Source of the DNA: an uncultured Planctomycetota bacterium
GTDB lineage: Bacteria; Planctomycetota; Planctomycetia; Isosphaerales; Isosphaeraceae
Direction: 5' to 3'
Assembly: GCA_963845755.1 (NCBI GenBank)
Contig: CAWJTV010000034.1
Coordinates: 320,001-384,000 of the forward strand
Length of the DNA: 64,000 nucleotides
Numbering within the stretch: the first letter of the stretch is position 1; every line of letters starts with the position of its first letter. The notes beneath the pieces are model-generated. The model saw only the letters and a program-made list of their open reading frames with translations, was not told where the DNA came from and searched no databases. Positions 20,784 to 31,465 of this stretch are shown here, piece by piece. A program made the position numbers and the translations under genes.

Positions 20784-23700
20784 TCACGGCTTGACGCGAT
20801 CCGGATCACTGATCGAGAAAGACCAGTCGTTCGACGTTCCCTCGCCGACGCCCGAATCCGCCGCGAACTTGACCTGGACGTAATATGAGCCGGTCCTTGT
20901 CAGGTCGAACCAGTCGTTCAGGTCGAGCTGCATGGCCTCGAATGCCTCGAATGGCGCCAGCGAGCGGGTCGCTTCGCCGGGAACGAACGCGTCCGTCCGT
21001 TTCGGCTTCAACGTGTCTTGGGGATGGTCCGAGAACAATTCATCCTGGGAGCGCGGTACAGAATAGGAGACCGCCAGCGTGACCCCGCGCCGCAATGCCG
21101 GCCGGCCATCATCGCCCCGGCGGAGGAACTCTGTTGGCGCAGTGTTCTCGACTCCGCGCCGATTGCGAAGGCCCAGGACCACGCGGATCGGCTGGTCCGG
21201 CTCGTAGGCGATCCTGGACGGTTTGTCTGACTGGAGCCATGCGTCCAGACCGCCGGGGAGGGCGATCCAGCGCGGTCCGCCACGAACGGAGCTGACCTCG
21301 ATCTCGGCGGCCGGGACGCGCGCGATCCCGTGCGGGCCCACGAATCCGTAGAATCGCTCCCAGCAATCCGCCTTGCGGACCTCCTCGGCCTGCCAGATCC
21401 AGCCGCCTTGCTCGTATTCGCGGTGAGTGGTGCCATCGGGTTTCTGGATGCTGAGCGGGATGTCCTTGAGCGCGACCCACCGGGCCGGGATCGGCATCCC
21501 CGGAACCTTGATCAGCCGGGTTTCTCCCTGCCCTTCGAGCGAGAAGATCGCCCGGGCCTGGCGGACGTCATCGAGGGTCGCGGGCCGGCCCAGCGCCGGG
21601 AATGCCAGATGAGGCGTGCGGTCGTTGATGTCGGGCTCGATGGGGAGCGGGTCGGTGGTGAACCGATCGCCATATCGCTTCAGGAAGGCCGCGCATGACT
21701 CCACGGCCCGGTCGCGACGGTCCTCCGGCCAGTACATCTCGAATTCGGGCGCGCCGCCGAGCGTCGAGATCCTCCAGGCGAGGTAATCGCAGACGCGGAA
21801 CGGAGAGTCCACTTCACTCTTGACCGCTTCCATGTCGGCCTTGTTCGAGCTGAAACCACCTCCACCTCCGCGCTTCGTCTTGTATTGGATCACGGTCTGT
21901 TGATTGCGCTGGACGGTCCCCATGGCGGCCTTGTTCCCCAGCACGTCGATCAGCGCCTCGCGGAATCCGCCCGATCGCAGCAATGGCGACGTGTAGAACC
22001 TGTCGTTATAGAGCCAGGACATCTGGCGGTTTTCCGGGTCGCGGATAAACGACGTCCACGGCGACTGCGGGTCGTTGAACAGCCAGTGGGCGGCGTCGCG
22101 AATCGCCGGGTCATCGGGATAGGTCCACAACGGCTCGAAGCGGGTTAACTCGTAGGACTCCGCACGCTCCGGGTCGCTCTTGCGGATGTCCGCCGCATAC
22201 ACGTCAAGAGCCTCCCGCTCGCCGCCCCGGGTGCGGATGACGGCGGCCTTGGCCACGAAATCGTCCAGCTTATGGTCCGGCTGGTAGCCGTCGTCGTGAT
22301 TCCGGGCGCTGGCCTCGCGAGCCCGGGCCATCAGCTCCCGGATCACGGGCAGCGCGGCCTTCGGGTCCCAGCGGTCGAACTGTAACGCGACCGCACAGGG
22401 CCAAGGCAGCACGGAGTCTGGCGTCGTCCGCGTCCCGCCGGCTCGAGCGACCTCGAGGATGCGGCGAGCCACCAGCTCGGATACGCTGGGATCGCGACGC
22501 GATCGCAACTCCTCGCCCTTCATCGGCCGGCCGGGTTGGGGCAGTTGGGACGGATGAACGAAAGTCCCGTAGACCTGGGGCAGGCCGGGGTCGTCGCGGG
22601 CCTGCACGATCCCCACCGCCGCCTGGAACCACTCGTCGCGCCCGGCCGAGTCGTCGCGGAGCGTCCGATACCAGCGCTCGGTCACTGAGATCGCCCGGTT
22701 CTTCTCCCAGAAGGCGCGCAGGGTTTGCGCGATCTTCTTCCTTCCCGCGAGGTCGTTCAGTTGCACCGAATACTGCGCGTTTTCGAATTCGTTCGTATTG
22801 AGGATGCGCTCGATCGCGGCGAGTCCGGCCTCGAAGACGGAATGAACCTTGCGTTCGATCGACTCGAATCGTCCCCCAATCGTGACCGATCTCGTGAGCC
22901 GCATATCGGTCTCCAGGGCGGCCAGGAGCGGCTCCACGGCGGGCTGGCCCTCGTTGACCAGCGCCTGGACCAGGGGCGAGCGTTCGGGGGTCCCCATAGG
23001 CCCGTACATCCCCACCGTCCGCTTGTCGATCTGGTCGAGGTCGCGGATCATGGCGGCGATCCGCGCCGAGGAGTCGCCCCCGCGCTTAGGGATCGGCCCC
23101 CGCGCGGGCTCCCGGGCGCGCCGTTCCTGATCGGCCAGCAACTCGGGGAGCTGCCGGAGGAACGGCATGTAGGCCGGGTGCGCGCCGCTGAAGCGGTCCT
23201 GGAGCTTCTCGAAGCCCATCGCTGCGGCCTTCGCGTCCACCGCCTTCACGAAGGTCGAGAGCCGCCGTGCGGCGTCGAGCGCGACCGCATCGTCGCCCCG
23301 CATGTGGGCGTCGATGAGCCGGTAGTACACCGTGACGGCCCATTCCGTGGCCAGGGTGAGGTAGGTGATGTGATAATCGGTGACGTCGCGGCCCCGGACC
23401 TCCGGCGTCCAGTTCGTCGCGGCGGCGAAGAGGGCCTCGGCCAGGTCGGCCCGGCCGAGTCTCAGCAGCAGGCAGAGCTTCAGAGCCGAACGGGTCTCGA
23501 CCCCCGAGGGTCCATCCCCTCTCCACTCGGAACGGCCGCCACCGATGAACGCGCCTCCCTCGCCGGCGCGGCCCCTCCCCTTGGTTACGGCACCGGCGCG
23601 GTCGCGTTTCATGGACTCGGCCGGCCCGCGGATGTCCTCCTTGAGGTCGGCCAGGGCGCCGACGGACAGCGCCGGATAGACCACGCCGTCCCAACTGACC

Positions 23701-24047
23701 ACGAACCGGCCGGCGTCGACTTCGCGCCGGGGAAGGACGAATCCTCGCGTCTTGATGATATGGCTTTCGCCGACTTCGACATCCCGGTACTCGCACCCGC
23801 GCGGGTCGGCCATCCCCTGCTCGAACAGGGCAGTCGTCGCCGAGACCAGGAACCTCGGCAGCTTCGTCTGGGGCGGTGTCCAGGGTTCCTTCTGTTGCGG
23901 CGGATCGGGGATCGACCGCCCATCGAACCTCGGTGCCGGCCGGCGTTCCTCGGCAAAGGGGCCGGCTTGTAGAGTGAGGGCAACCAGCAGGAGCAACAGG
24001 TCTTTCGTAATCCATGAGGCGTTCATCGCAACTTCTGAAATGTCCAT
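20784..24047 (-). CDS. Large secreted hypothetical protein (~1090 aa, helical-repeat-like)
   Basis: Uninterrupted ORF with a hydrophobic signal 'LLLLLVALTLQA' and 'GMADPRGCEY'; no family recognised. Confidence 0.75.
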   Translation of the reverse strand: MDISEVAMNASWITKDLLLLLVALTLQAGPFAEERRPAPRFDGRSIPDPPQQKEPWTPPQTKLPRFLVSATTALFEQGMADPRGCEYRDVEVGESHIIKTRGFVLPRREVDAGRFVVSWDGVVYPALSVGALADLKEDIRGPAESMKRDRAGAVTKGRGRAGEGGAFIGGGRSEWRGDGPSGVETRSALKLCLLLRLGRADLAEALFAAATNWTPEVRGRDVTDYHITYLTLATEWAVTVYYRLIDAHMRGDDAVALDAARRLSTFVKAVDAKAAAMGFEKLQDRFSGAHPAYMPFLRQLPELLADQERRAREPARGPIPKRGGDSSARIAAMIRDLDQIDKRTVGMYGPMGTPERSPLVQALVNEGQPAVEPLLAALETDMRLTRSVTIGGRFESIERKVHSVFEAGLAAIERILNTNEFENAQYSVQLNDLAGRKKIAQTLRAFWEKNRAISVTERWYRTLRDDSAGRDEWFQAAVGIVQARDDPGLPQVYGTFVHPSQLPQPGRPMKGEELRSRRDPSVSELVARRILEVARAGGTRTTPDSVLPWPCAVALQFDRWDPKAALPVIRELMARAREASARNHDDGYQPDHKLDDFVAKAAVIRTRGGEREALDVYAADIRKSDPERAESYELTRFEPLWTYPDDPAIRDAAHWLFNDPQSPWTSFIRDPENRQMSWLYNDRFYTSPLLRSGGFREALIDVLGNKAAMGTVQRNQQTVIQYKTKRGGGGGFSSNKADMEAVKSEVDSPFRVCDYLAWRISTLGGAPEFEMYWPEDRRDRAVESCAAFLKRYGDRFTTDPLPIEPDINDRTPHLAFPALGRPATLDDVRQARAIFSLEGQGETRLIKVPGMPIPARWVALKDIPLSIQKPDGTTHREYEQGGWIWQAEEVRKADCWERFYGFVGPHGIARVPAAEIEVSSVRGGPRWIALPGGLDAWLQSDKPSRIAYEPDQPIRVVLGLRNRRGVENTAPTEFLRRGDDGRPALRRGVTLAVSYSVPRSQDELFSDHPQDTLKPKRTDAFVPGEATRSLAPFEAFEAMQLDLNDWFDLTRTGSYYVQVKFAADSGVGEGTSNDWSFSISDPDRVKP

Positions 24048-24118
24048 GGGTACGTGGTTCCTTCCGGGCCGCGTGGAGTGTGACAAGAAGAGCCCGATCG
24101 GCGAATACCGCGCCTCGA

Positions 24119-27100
24119 TCAGGGCCGGTCGCTCCAGGCGATTGCCTTTCGACGCCGCTCTTCAATCGGAACACCGAGCATCTCGGCCGTCCTTAACCGG
24201 AACTGAGCATCGGGGCTCAAGGCGTTCGGGGTGTTCTTGGGATCGGGGGCCCTCCGCGCCGAGTCGGGAAAGTTCCGGATCAGCGCGACGGCAACGCGGG
24301 GGTCATAGGCCGTCAGGGCCGCAATCGGCGGTGGATTGCCGATGGAATAAGCGGCGCCCGACTCCACGAGGTGGTCCGCGAGGTGTTCGAGCGGCGGTGC
24401 CATGATGATGGCGGCCAGGGCGCGGTCGTAACGCGAGACTCCCATCGCCACGATCACGCCCACCTGGACGGCGCTCATCTCCGGCCACTGCGGCAGTGGC
24501 GCACGGCAGGCCGCGGTCAGCCAGAGTCGCTCCTCGAGACGATCGGGCTCGAGGCTCTCGACCACCGGCAAGAGTCCGGCCATCACCCAGGGGACCCGCG
24601 AATGGGGCACTTTGCCGTCCTGCCGGTCCGCGAGCTGGCGGAGCCGTGTGAACGCCTCGTCCAGCAGCTCGTGCGCCCGGGCCGGATCGGTCGCCGCCAG
24701 CTCGGAGGCCATGAGACCGAGCCCGTAGAACACTCGCGCGGGCCACTGCCTGTCGAGCGTCCCGAGAATCCTGCGGGCGCGGGGCAGGTCTGCCCGCGCC
24801 ATCCGCCGGCAGATCCGCAGCACGGCCTCATCGCGGGTGTTGTACTGGAACTGCGGCGGAGGGGGCGGGACCAGTCGTTCGGCCTCGGCCGGGTTGATCG
24901 CCGCCAGCCGGATGGCAGCCTCGGTGAGGTGGGGATTGATCCGCTCGGCTCTGCCGATGATGACGTTCTTCCATTCGTCGCGTTCGCAGATCGCCCGCGC
25001 CGCGGCGACGTCGATCACCGCCAGCACCTCGGCGAACTCCTCCAGATCGTCGAAGTAGCGGTCTTTCAAGACGGTATCGAGGATCGCCCGCCCTTCGCGG
25101 ATGATCGGCGTCGCCCGGTCGAGATCGTCGATCGCTAGCCAGCGGTCAGCCACGTGGCCGAGGGCCGTGACCCGGGCCCCCGGGTCCTCGACGCGACGGG
25201 CTTCGGCCAGGGCGCGGTCGAGCAGCTCGTTGCGACGCGCGCGATCGGTGTCGGTCATCGTGTCGGCCATGGCGAGGAAGCTCTCGACGCGCGAGGCGGG
25301 GTTCAGGTCGGACTCGACCGTGGCGACAGCCACGGCCGGGTCGGTCTCAACCTGCCCGAGGACGACCTGCGTCAGAATCCCCGCAGGCTGGGACAGGACC
25401 CGATTTTCGAGCATCTCCAGGACGCGATCCGGATCGACCCGCGCCAGGGCGGAGACGACGGGATCCCCCTCGCGGTCGTTCGACCGCGACCGCGGCCGCA
25501 CGGCATCGAACACCGGGGCGAGCAGCTCGCGCGCAATCGTTTTTTCCTCGGCTCGGGTCAAGTGCGGCGGCAGCGTCTTCGGCATCGCCGTCGGTGGCTG
25601 GTCCACGCGGGCCAGTCGGATGTCCACGTTTGCGTCCCCCGGCTTGACGATCGCCCCGCCGAAGCGGAAACCGGCCTTCTCGGCAAAGACGAGGGCTTCT
25701 CCGCTCCCGATTCCGGCCAGCCGGTAGTGTCCCTGATCGTCGGTAGTCGTCGCCGACCGCTTCGGCGAATCTCTCGACTGAAAGACCGCGGCGCCAGCCA
25801 CGCCCCGGCCCTCGCGATCGACGACCCGGCCCCTAACGAGCTGGAGCGTCGGCGACCGGCGGAGGGTGAGGTCCGGAAACGTGAGCTGGTCCCCTCCCTT
25901 CGATGTGGCCCAGTTGGTCTGATTGGAACGGTAGCCGGCGGCGTTGGCGTGGAAGCGGAACTCCCGGCCCTTCCGGTAGATCGTCATCGGCGTCCGGAAT
26001 GTCCCATCAGGCCCGGTGCGGACCTGTTCGTCGACCAGAAGCTCCTGGGGGAAATGGATCTGCCCGCCCATGGCTTCCTCGCTGTATTGCAACCGCACCC
26101 AGGCCCCCGGGACGGGCGTCCCGTCAGGGCCAACCACGCGACCAGCCAGTGCCACCGCAACCCCGGGAACGATCGTCACCAGAATCACGTCCGTGCGTCC
26201 CGCCTGGACTTTCACCGGCCCATCCGTCATCCGATCGCCCTGGCGGGCTTCGAGCGTCATCTCGTCTCCCGGCGCGAGACCGGGGACGGTGAACTCCCCG
26301 TGGTCGTCGGTCGCTTTCGGAATCCATCCCAATCCCGAACGCCCGATGATGGTCGCGTGGGCCGCGGGTTGACCCGCCTCGTCGCGCACGATGAACCGGA
26401 GCGGCGGCGCGGCGAGGATGGCTTCCCTGGGCTCCAGCTCGATCCGCTCCGCGGTCTCGGTCACGGGGAAGTCCTTCCATTGCTGGCCGGGTGCCATGAC
26501 GTGCGTCGGGGATCCTCGCCACACGTGGATCCCCGCGGTGCCCGGTAGCGTGGTGAACGTGTATCGTCCCTGAGCGTCGGTCTCGCCCTTCACCGTCTTC
26601 CCGCCCGGGAAGCGGTGGAAGGACAGTTCGATCCCCTGCACGGGACGACCTGTGCCCCGCTCTCGGATCACACCCGTGATCGTCGCCGGTTTCCGGAGCG
26701 GGATCTCCACCAGATTCTCCCGCCCCGCGATTACAGCGAATGGCCGCGGGAGGTCGGGCAGGACCGGAAGTTCCCGCGGTGGCTCGATCACGAGATGGAT
26801 CTCACCCACGGCCATCGCCGGGACCGCGAACCGGCCGTCTTCGTTGGTCGTCCCTGTGGCGTGGCCGGCCGTCTCGGGGTCGGGCCAGATGTTATTGCCG
26901 GATCGTGTGCTGGCGTAGACCCGCCAGTCTTTCATCAGGGTGCGATCGGCGGCCACGAGCCGCACGACGAGCGGCGCAGCCGGTCGAAACGCGACGTGCT
27001 TCGGTTTCGAATCAACGGGGTAGAACGATCGCGACTGGCTGCCGAACGCCGTCGAGTTAACTGCAATATGGGAAATCTCATCATTGGCGGCGGCATCGAT

Positions 27101-27589
27101 GACGGCCAGGCCGTTCTGATCCGTCGTTGCGTCGGTGAGATTAACCACGGCCCGGGGTACGATCGTCAATTCACGGCCGAATTGACCGAGGCTCACACGC
27201 GCGCTGGCAACCGGTTCACCGTCGGGACCCACCACTTTGACCTCGGCCTTCCCGGGCAGTCCGAGCACGATCCGGACGTCTTCCTTGGCGGCTGGCATGG
27301 CGCCGGGGAATTTCGTGAACCCTAGCCGAAAACCCGGCTTCACGGCCCAGAGGATCGGTGCGAAGTCGCGCTTCTCTGCCGCCAGTCCGGCCGGACGCGG
27401 GATCATGAACCGGCCGTTGGCATCCGATCGTCCCCGCACGAGGATCGGCGGGTCGTACACCGGCGTGCCTGCGAGGATCAGGTCGGCCCCGGCCACGGGC
27501 TTGCCGTCGGGCCCGATCACTGTCCCCGACATCGGCGTGATCGGACTCTGGCCGACCATCAGCCCGATCAGCGTCGCGATGAGGACCAT
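24119..27589 (-). CDS. Large secreted protein with repeated carboxypeptidase-regulatory-like domains and a helical C-terminal half
   Basis: GGAGG RBS; repeated 'G.V.GPDG.PV.GA.V' and 'TD..G.F' units. Confidence 0.8.
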   Translation of the reverse strand: MVLIATLIGLMVGQSPITPMSGTVIGPDGKPVAGADLILAGTPVYDPPILVRGRSDANGRFMIPRPAGLAAEKRDFAPILWAVKPGFRLGFTKFPGAMPAAKEDVRIVLGLPGKAEVKVVGPDGEPVASARVSLGQFGRELTIVPRAVVNLTDATTDQNGLAVIDAAANDEISHIAVNSTAFGSQSRSFYPVDSKPKHVAFRPAAPLVVRLVAADRTLMKDWRVYASTRSGNNIWPDPETAGHATGTTNEDGRFAVPAMAVGEIHLVIEPPRELPVLPDLPRPFAVIAGRENLVEIPLRKPATITGVIRERGTGRPVQGIELSFHRFPGGKTVKGETDAQGRYTFTTLPGTAGIHVWRGSPTHVMAPGQQWKDFPVTETAERIELEPREAILAAPPLRFIVRDEAGQPAAHATIIGRSGLGWIPKATDDHGEFTVPGLAPGDEMTLEARQGDRMTDGPVKVQAGRTDVILVTIVPGVAVALAGRVVGPDGTPVPGAWVRLQYSEEAMGGQIHFPQELLVDEQVRTGPDGTFRTPMTIYRKGREFRFHANAAGYRSNQTNWATSKGGDQLTFPDLTLRRSPTLQLVRGRVVDREGRGVAGAAVFQSRDSPKRSATTTDDQGHYRLAGIGSGEALVFAEKAGFRFGGAIVKPGDANVDIRLARVDQPPTAMPKTLPPHLTRAEEKTIARELLAPVFDAVRPRSRSNDREGDPVVSALARVDPDRVLEMLENRVLSQPAGILTQVVLGQVETDPAVAVATVESDLNPASRVESFLAMADTMTDTDRARRNELLDRALAEARRVEDPGARVTALGHVADRWLAIDDLDRATPIIREGRAILDTVLKDRYFDDLEEFAEVLAVIDVAAARAICERDEWKNVIIGRAERINPHLTEAAIRLAAINPAEAERLVPPPPPQFQYNTRDEAVLRICRRMARADLPRARRILGTLDRQWPARVFYGLGLMASELAATDPARAHELLDEAFTRLRQLADRQDGKVPHSRVPWVMAGLLPVVESLEPDRLEERLWLTAACRAPLPQWPEMSAVQVGVIVAMGVSRYDRALAAIIMAPPLEHLADHLVESGAAYSIGNPPPIAALTAYDPRVAVALIRNFPDSARRAPDPKNTPNALSPDAQFRLRTAEMLGVPIEERRRKAIAWSDRP

Positions 27590-27618
27590 CCTTACCTCCC
27601 CGCACGATGAATGCTCGC

Positions 27619-27645
27619 TGAGACGTGTCGTGTTTTCCTCAGTTC
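27619..27645 (-). promoter_or_regulatory. Putative ECF sigma-type promoter
   Basis: Minus strand GAACT-N16-GTCTCA, 30 bp upstream of ATG 27589. Confidence 0.45.
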
Positions 27646-27717
27646 ATCAGTTTACTTTGATTCGAAACTCCGGACAAGGCGCGCCGACCGCTCCTCGCAA
27701 GTCGTGCCCCGACGCGT

Positions 27718-28506
27718 TCAGGGCCGAGTGGCGAAGACGATCCAGCCCCCGGCACGGAGGCTGGGGGCCAGCCAGGGTGTCGAGATCGGCTCGGAAGAGA
27801 CCTCGTCGAGAGGAAGCACCTCATCGATCCGGAAGCCGGCGCTGTGCAACTCGCGTTTGAGCTCACCCCAACGATAGAGGTGCACGCGCATGCCTGGGAT
27901 GCCGCGATAGGTCATCCGACGTTCCCCCAGCTCGTCGCGTGCGAAGACGGCCCGGTACACCTGTTTGAGGAGCCAGGCGAGGCCCTGACGGTCCCGTAAG
28001 TTGAGCCAGAGGTTATGGGCGTGGAGCGCAAGCCGCCCGCCAGGGCACAGGACGCGGTAAGCCTCCTCCAGGGCTCGCCGTCGGGGATCTCGGCCCCGGA
28101 TCATTCCCAGCGTGCTGAACATCGATAGGGCGTACTCGAACGTCCGATCGGCGAAGCAACCCAACCGGCAAAGATTGGACTCGACCCGCAACAGGTCGAC
28201 TCCGGCGAACCGAGCCTTGTGTCCGACCACGTCGAGCATCGGCCGCGACAGATCGACCGCGGAGACGGCGAACCCGCGGCCGGCGAAATGGATCGCGTGT
28301 CGTCCCGCCCCGCAGCCCAGGTCGATCAGCCGGCCGGGGGTGACGAACCGTTCGTCGAGTGCCCGGGCGTCGGCGCGGAACAGGGGATGGTCGGCGAAGT
28401 AAGCATCCTCCTCGGCCGCCAATCGCGGCGTGTGGGTATACTGCCAGAGGGGAGGATCGACCCCTTCTGGCAACCGCCAGGCCGGTGGGATGCGATGGTC
28501 GCTCAT
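27718..28506 (-). CDS. Class I SAM-dependent methyltransferase
   Basis: '[10 protein letters not shown]', 'VDLSRPML' and 'RVLCPGG'; ATGA overlap with the GH13 gene. Confidence 0.88.
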   Translation of the reverse strand: MSDHRIPPAWRLPEGVDPPLWQYTHTPRLAAEEDAYFADHPLFRADARALDERFVTPGRLIDLGCGAGRHAIHFAGRGFAVSAVDLSRPMLDVVGHKARFAGVDLLRVESNLCRLGCFADRTFEYALSMFSTLGMIRGRDPRRRALEEAYRVLCPGGRLALHAHNLWLNLRDRQGLAWLLKQVYRAVFARDELGERRMTYRGIPGMRVHLYRWGELKRELHSAGFRIDEVLPLDEVSSEPISTPWLAPSLRAGGWIVFATRP

Positions 28507-29975
28507 ACGGTGCGGCGGCCCGGCGTCGCGAGGACCATCCCCGCGCGGGGCTTCAGCTCCAGGCCACGGAGCATCCCTTGCTCCAGGCGGACCGAACGGT
28601 GGGACCAGGCTTCCTCGAGAAAGGCGCCTTCGGAGAGCCCCACATTGAATGTCAGATCGATTCGTCGCGTCGAACGCCCCGCGTTGATCGCGACGACAAC
28701 CATCTCATCCCCCAGCTCCCGGACGTACGCGATGACATCGCCCTGCGCTTGTACGAAGCGGAACGAGCCTCGGCGCAGGGCCGGCCGCTCGCGACGCAAG
28801 GCGATCAGTCGCTGAAATTCGTGCAACAACTCCGTGTCCCAGGTTTCGGGCCGATGCCAGGGAAATGCGCCTCGATTGGCGGGGTCGTGGCCGCCGGCCA
28901 TGCCGATCTCATCTCCGTAGTAGACTGACGGTGCGCCGGGATAGGTCATCTGAAACAAGGTCGCAAGCCGGAGGGCGGTCCGATCGCCGTTGGCCAGCGT
29001 GACGAACCGCGCCATGTCGTGGCTGCCCAGCAGGTTCAGCATGACGTCCGTCACGTTCGCGTGATACAGACCGATCAGCCGCTCGATCGCCCGGCGAAAC
29101 GTCTCGGCTCCCGTTCGGCCCACCGGATGCAGGCTCGTCCGCGACAGGTCCTCGAGGTTGACATTCTCCCCGATGAAGAAGGCGATGCACGCGCGGGTGA
29201 ACTGGTAGTTCATCACCGCGTCCCACATGTCGCCCTGAAGCCATCGCTGGGCCTCGCTCCAGACCTCGCCGACAATGTACGCCTCGGGGTTGACCGACCG
29301 GATGCGCACGCGGAATTCGCGCCAAAAATCGTCGTCATCGATTTCGTTGGGGACATCCAGCCGCCAGCCGTCGATGCCGAACTCCATCCACTTTCGCCCG
29401 ATCTCCCAGAGGAATTCTCGCACCTCGGGGCAGTCGGTGTTGAATTTTGGCAGGGCCGGAAGTCCCCACCAGGCCCGGTAATTGGGCGACTTCTCGACGT
29501 CGTAGGCATACAGCGGGAACTCTTTGACGGTGAACCAGTCGAGATAGGCCGAGTCCGGGCCGTTCTCCAGGATGTCGTGGAATGGGAAGAAGCCGCGGCT
29601 CGCATGGTTGAACACGCCGTCGAGCACAACGCGAATGTCTCGGTCGTGGGCCGCGTCGAGCATGCGCCGAAGCGCCGGGTTCCCGCCCAGCATCGGGTCG
29701 ACCTTCTCGTAGTCGTGGGTGTGGTAACGATGGTTCGACGCCGACTGGAAGACCGGCGTGAAATACAGGGCGTTGACTCCGAGGTCACCCAGATAATCCA
29801 GGTGCTCGACGACGCCGATCAGGTCGCCCCCCTGGTAGCCGTGATACGTCGGCGGAGCGCCCCATTCGTCGAGGTGCCGGGGCTTGGGCACCGTGACGCT
29901 CCGCGCAAACCGGTCGGGGAAGATCTGGTAGAAGATGGCGTCGCGCACCCAGTCGGGCGTCTGGGGGTCGGGCAC
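28503..29975 (-). CDS. Glycoside hydrolase family 13 (neopullulanase/cyclomaltodextrinase-like)
   Basis: 'YQIFPDRF', 'DGVFNH', 'GWRLDVP', 'IVGEVW', 'LGSHD' and 'YYGDE'. Confidence 0.93.
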   Translation of the reverse strand: MPDPQTPDWVRDAIFYQIFPDRFARSVTVPKPRHLDEWGAPPTYHGYQGGDLIGVVEHLDYLGDLGVNALYFTPVFQSASNHRYHTHDYEKVDPMLGGNPALRRMLDAAHDRDIRVVLDGVFNHASRGFFPFHDILENGPDSAYLDWFTVKEFPLYAYDVEKSPNYRAWWGLPALPKFNTDCPEVREFLWEIGRKWMEFGIDGWRLDVPNEIDDDDFWREFRVRIRSVNPEAYIVGEVWSEAQRWLQGDMWDAVMNYQFTRACIAFFIGENVNLEDLSRTSLHPVGRTGAETFRRAIERLIGLYHANVTDVMLNLLGSHDMARFVTLANGDRTALRLATLFQMTYPGAPSVYYGDEIGMAGGHDPANRGAFPWHRPETWDTELLHEFQRLIALRRERPALRRGSFRFVQAQGDVIAYVRELGDEMVVVAINAGRSTRRIDLTFNVGLSEGAFLEEAWSHRSVRLEQGMLRGLELKPRAGMVLATPGRRTV

Positions 29976-31360
29976 GGGTCACTCCCGTTTTTCTGAGCAA
30001 GGAGTCGTCGCGGGCTGAATCCGATGGGAACGCGCACGCCAAGCAAGCCAATCGCTCGAAGCGTGAACGCCTCGTACTCGTGGGACGAAACAAAGGAGTG
30101 GGCGCCTTCGCAACGAGCTCGATGTCCTCAACGATGCGGACGTAACCTGCACACAGGACGGCCACTTCCCAATTAGACCAGATTCGCCGTGCAACGATCC
30201 AGGGGCCGGTGGATTCCGGGACGACGCGACTGGTGTTGCCCGAAGCCATGGTCAAACGTTTGGACCTGCTGCTCGGCGACTCGGTCAACGTTCATCACGT
30301 CGGTAGCCGCCGCCGAAACTGGAGGAGACCGACCTCACGTGACCGTCCGGGCCGAGGGCCCGTACAACGCCTGATGTCCCCGTGGCGGTTGAACGCCTTG
30401 GAAATAGCGTGGCGCCCTGTCGGATCACCCGAACGCCTGATGCGGTAGCGTGAGGTCACTCCTCTGATGAACCAGTGTGGCGAGTGGTGATCGTAGCGAC
30501 AGAGGTGGCCCTTGGCCCAGTGGTTACCTAGTCAAACGTCTCCTAACTCCTCGCGCTCCGCGAGGCCGATGAAGGTACGCGCTCGACTTCCCGTCCCAAA
30601 ACCATCATGGCAGGCTTTATTCCCCCTTCGGGCCGCGGTTCATCGCGAAGCGCCCGTGAGCGGTGCTGACTTGGACCGTCCCGGGATGCCTGAGCGACCC
30701 CTCGCGGGCAGATGAGGTTGAACCGATCGCTCACCCGAACTAATCCACCGCCCCAAAAAATTTCTCAAAAAAATCATTTCCCCGTAACGTAAGGACTTAA
30801 GTCGATGATTTTTCCCGTTTTGACCGCAATGCGTTCATCTTTTCTCAAAGTTGAGGCATCCTAAGCAATAGACGCTCATCCTTGATACCTTGGAGGTCGC
30901 CTGCGAACGCGGTTTATCGCGATCGGTGCCTCGAGTCGGAAATAGCAACAAAGCGGTCACGTCGGGCCCGCTCCGAAATGTCGACGCAATCAGGAATGAT
31001 AGCTTGGAAGTATGGATGATTCATTCCGTGCTTGACATCCTCGTGCTCCGACGAACCGACCCAAGCAGCCAGGACTTGGAGAGTCCCGAATCCGCAAAAC
31101 GAGCCTCATGACGCCATGCGACACCCATACCGATGAAAATGGCGTCGAGCGGATTTCGGGCCCTGTGAATGGTCTCGGACGTTTCTCTCTGGTGCCTTTG
31201 TATTTCGGCGGGGCAGGAGCCCCCCCGAAGCGCCAACTTTCAGAGCAACCCAATTGGTCGCATAGTCCGCTCTATCGACAAATTTTCGCCAATCCGCAAA
31301 ACGGGCTCAGCCGACTGGAGAGCACCTACCACTCGAACCCGAAAGTTCGTCGCGATCCTC

Positions 31361-31465
31361 ATGCTGTACACGGAATCCTGGAACTCGAAGCTTACCCGAG
31401 CCCAGGCCGCGCCGGTTGCAGCCGCGATCGAGTCTTGCATCATGGAATACCTGCTGGCCGCCTAA
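31361..31465 (+). CDS. Possible 34-aa small protein ending in -YLLAA
   Basis: ORF MLYTESWNSKLTRAQAAPVAAAIESCIMEYLLAA; no clear RBS, start uncertain. Confidence 0.3.
   Translation: MLYTESWNSKLTRAQAAPVAAAIESCIMEYLLAA

Noticed and set aside
21000..27300. Numerous long antisense and alternative-frame ORFs
   Set aside because: Shadow ORFs typical of high-GC coding DNA: Arg/Pro/Gly-rich with no motifs.
31060..31320. Tandem c-di-GMP-I riboswitch suggested by GCAAAAC repeats
   Set aside because: The GNRA-capped P1 stem and receptor architecture are absent.
31300..31465. tmRNA (tag-like -LAA ORF) or tRNA-like arm near 31303-31326
   Set aside because: No tRNA-like 5'/3' ends, T arm or acceptor stem.
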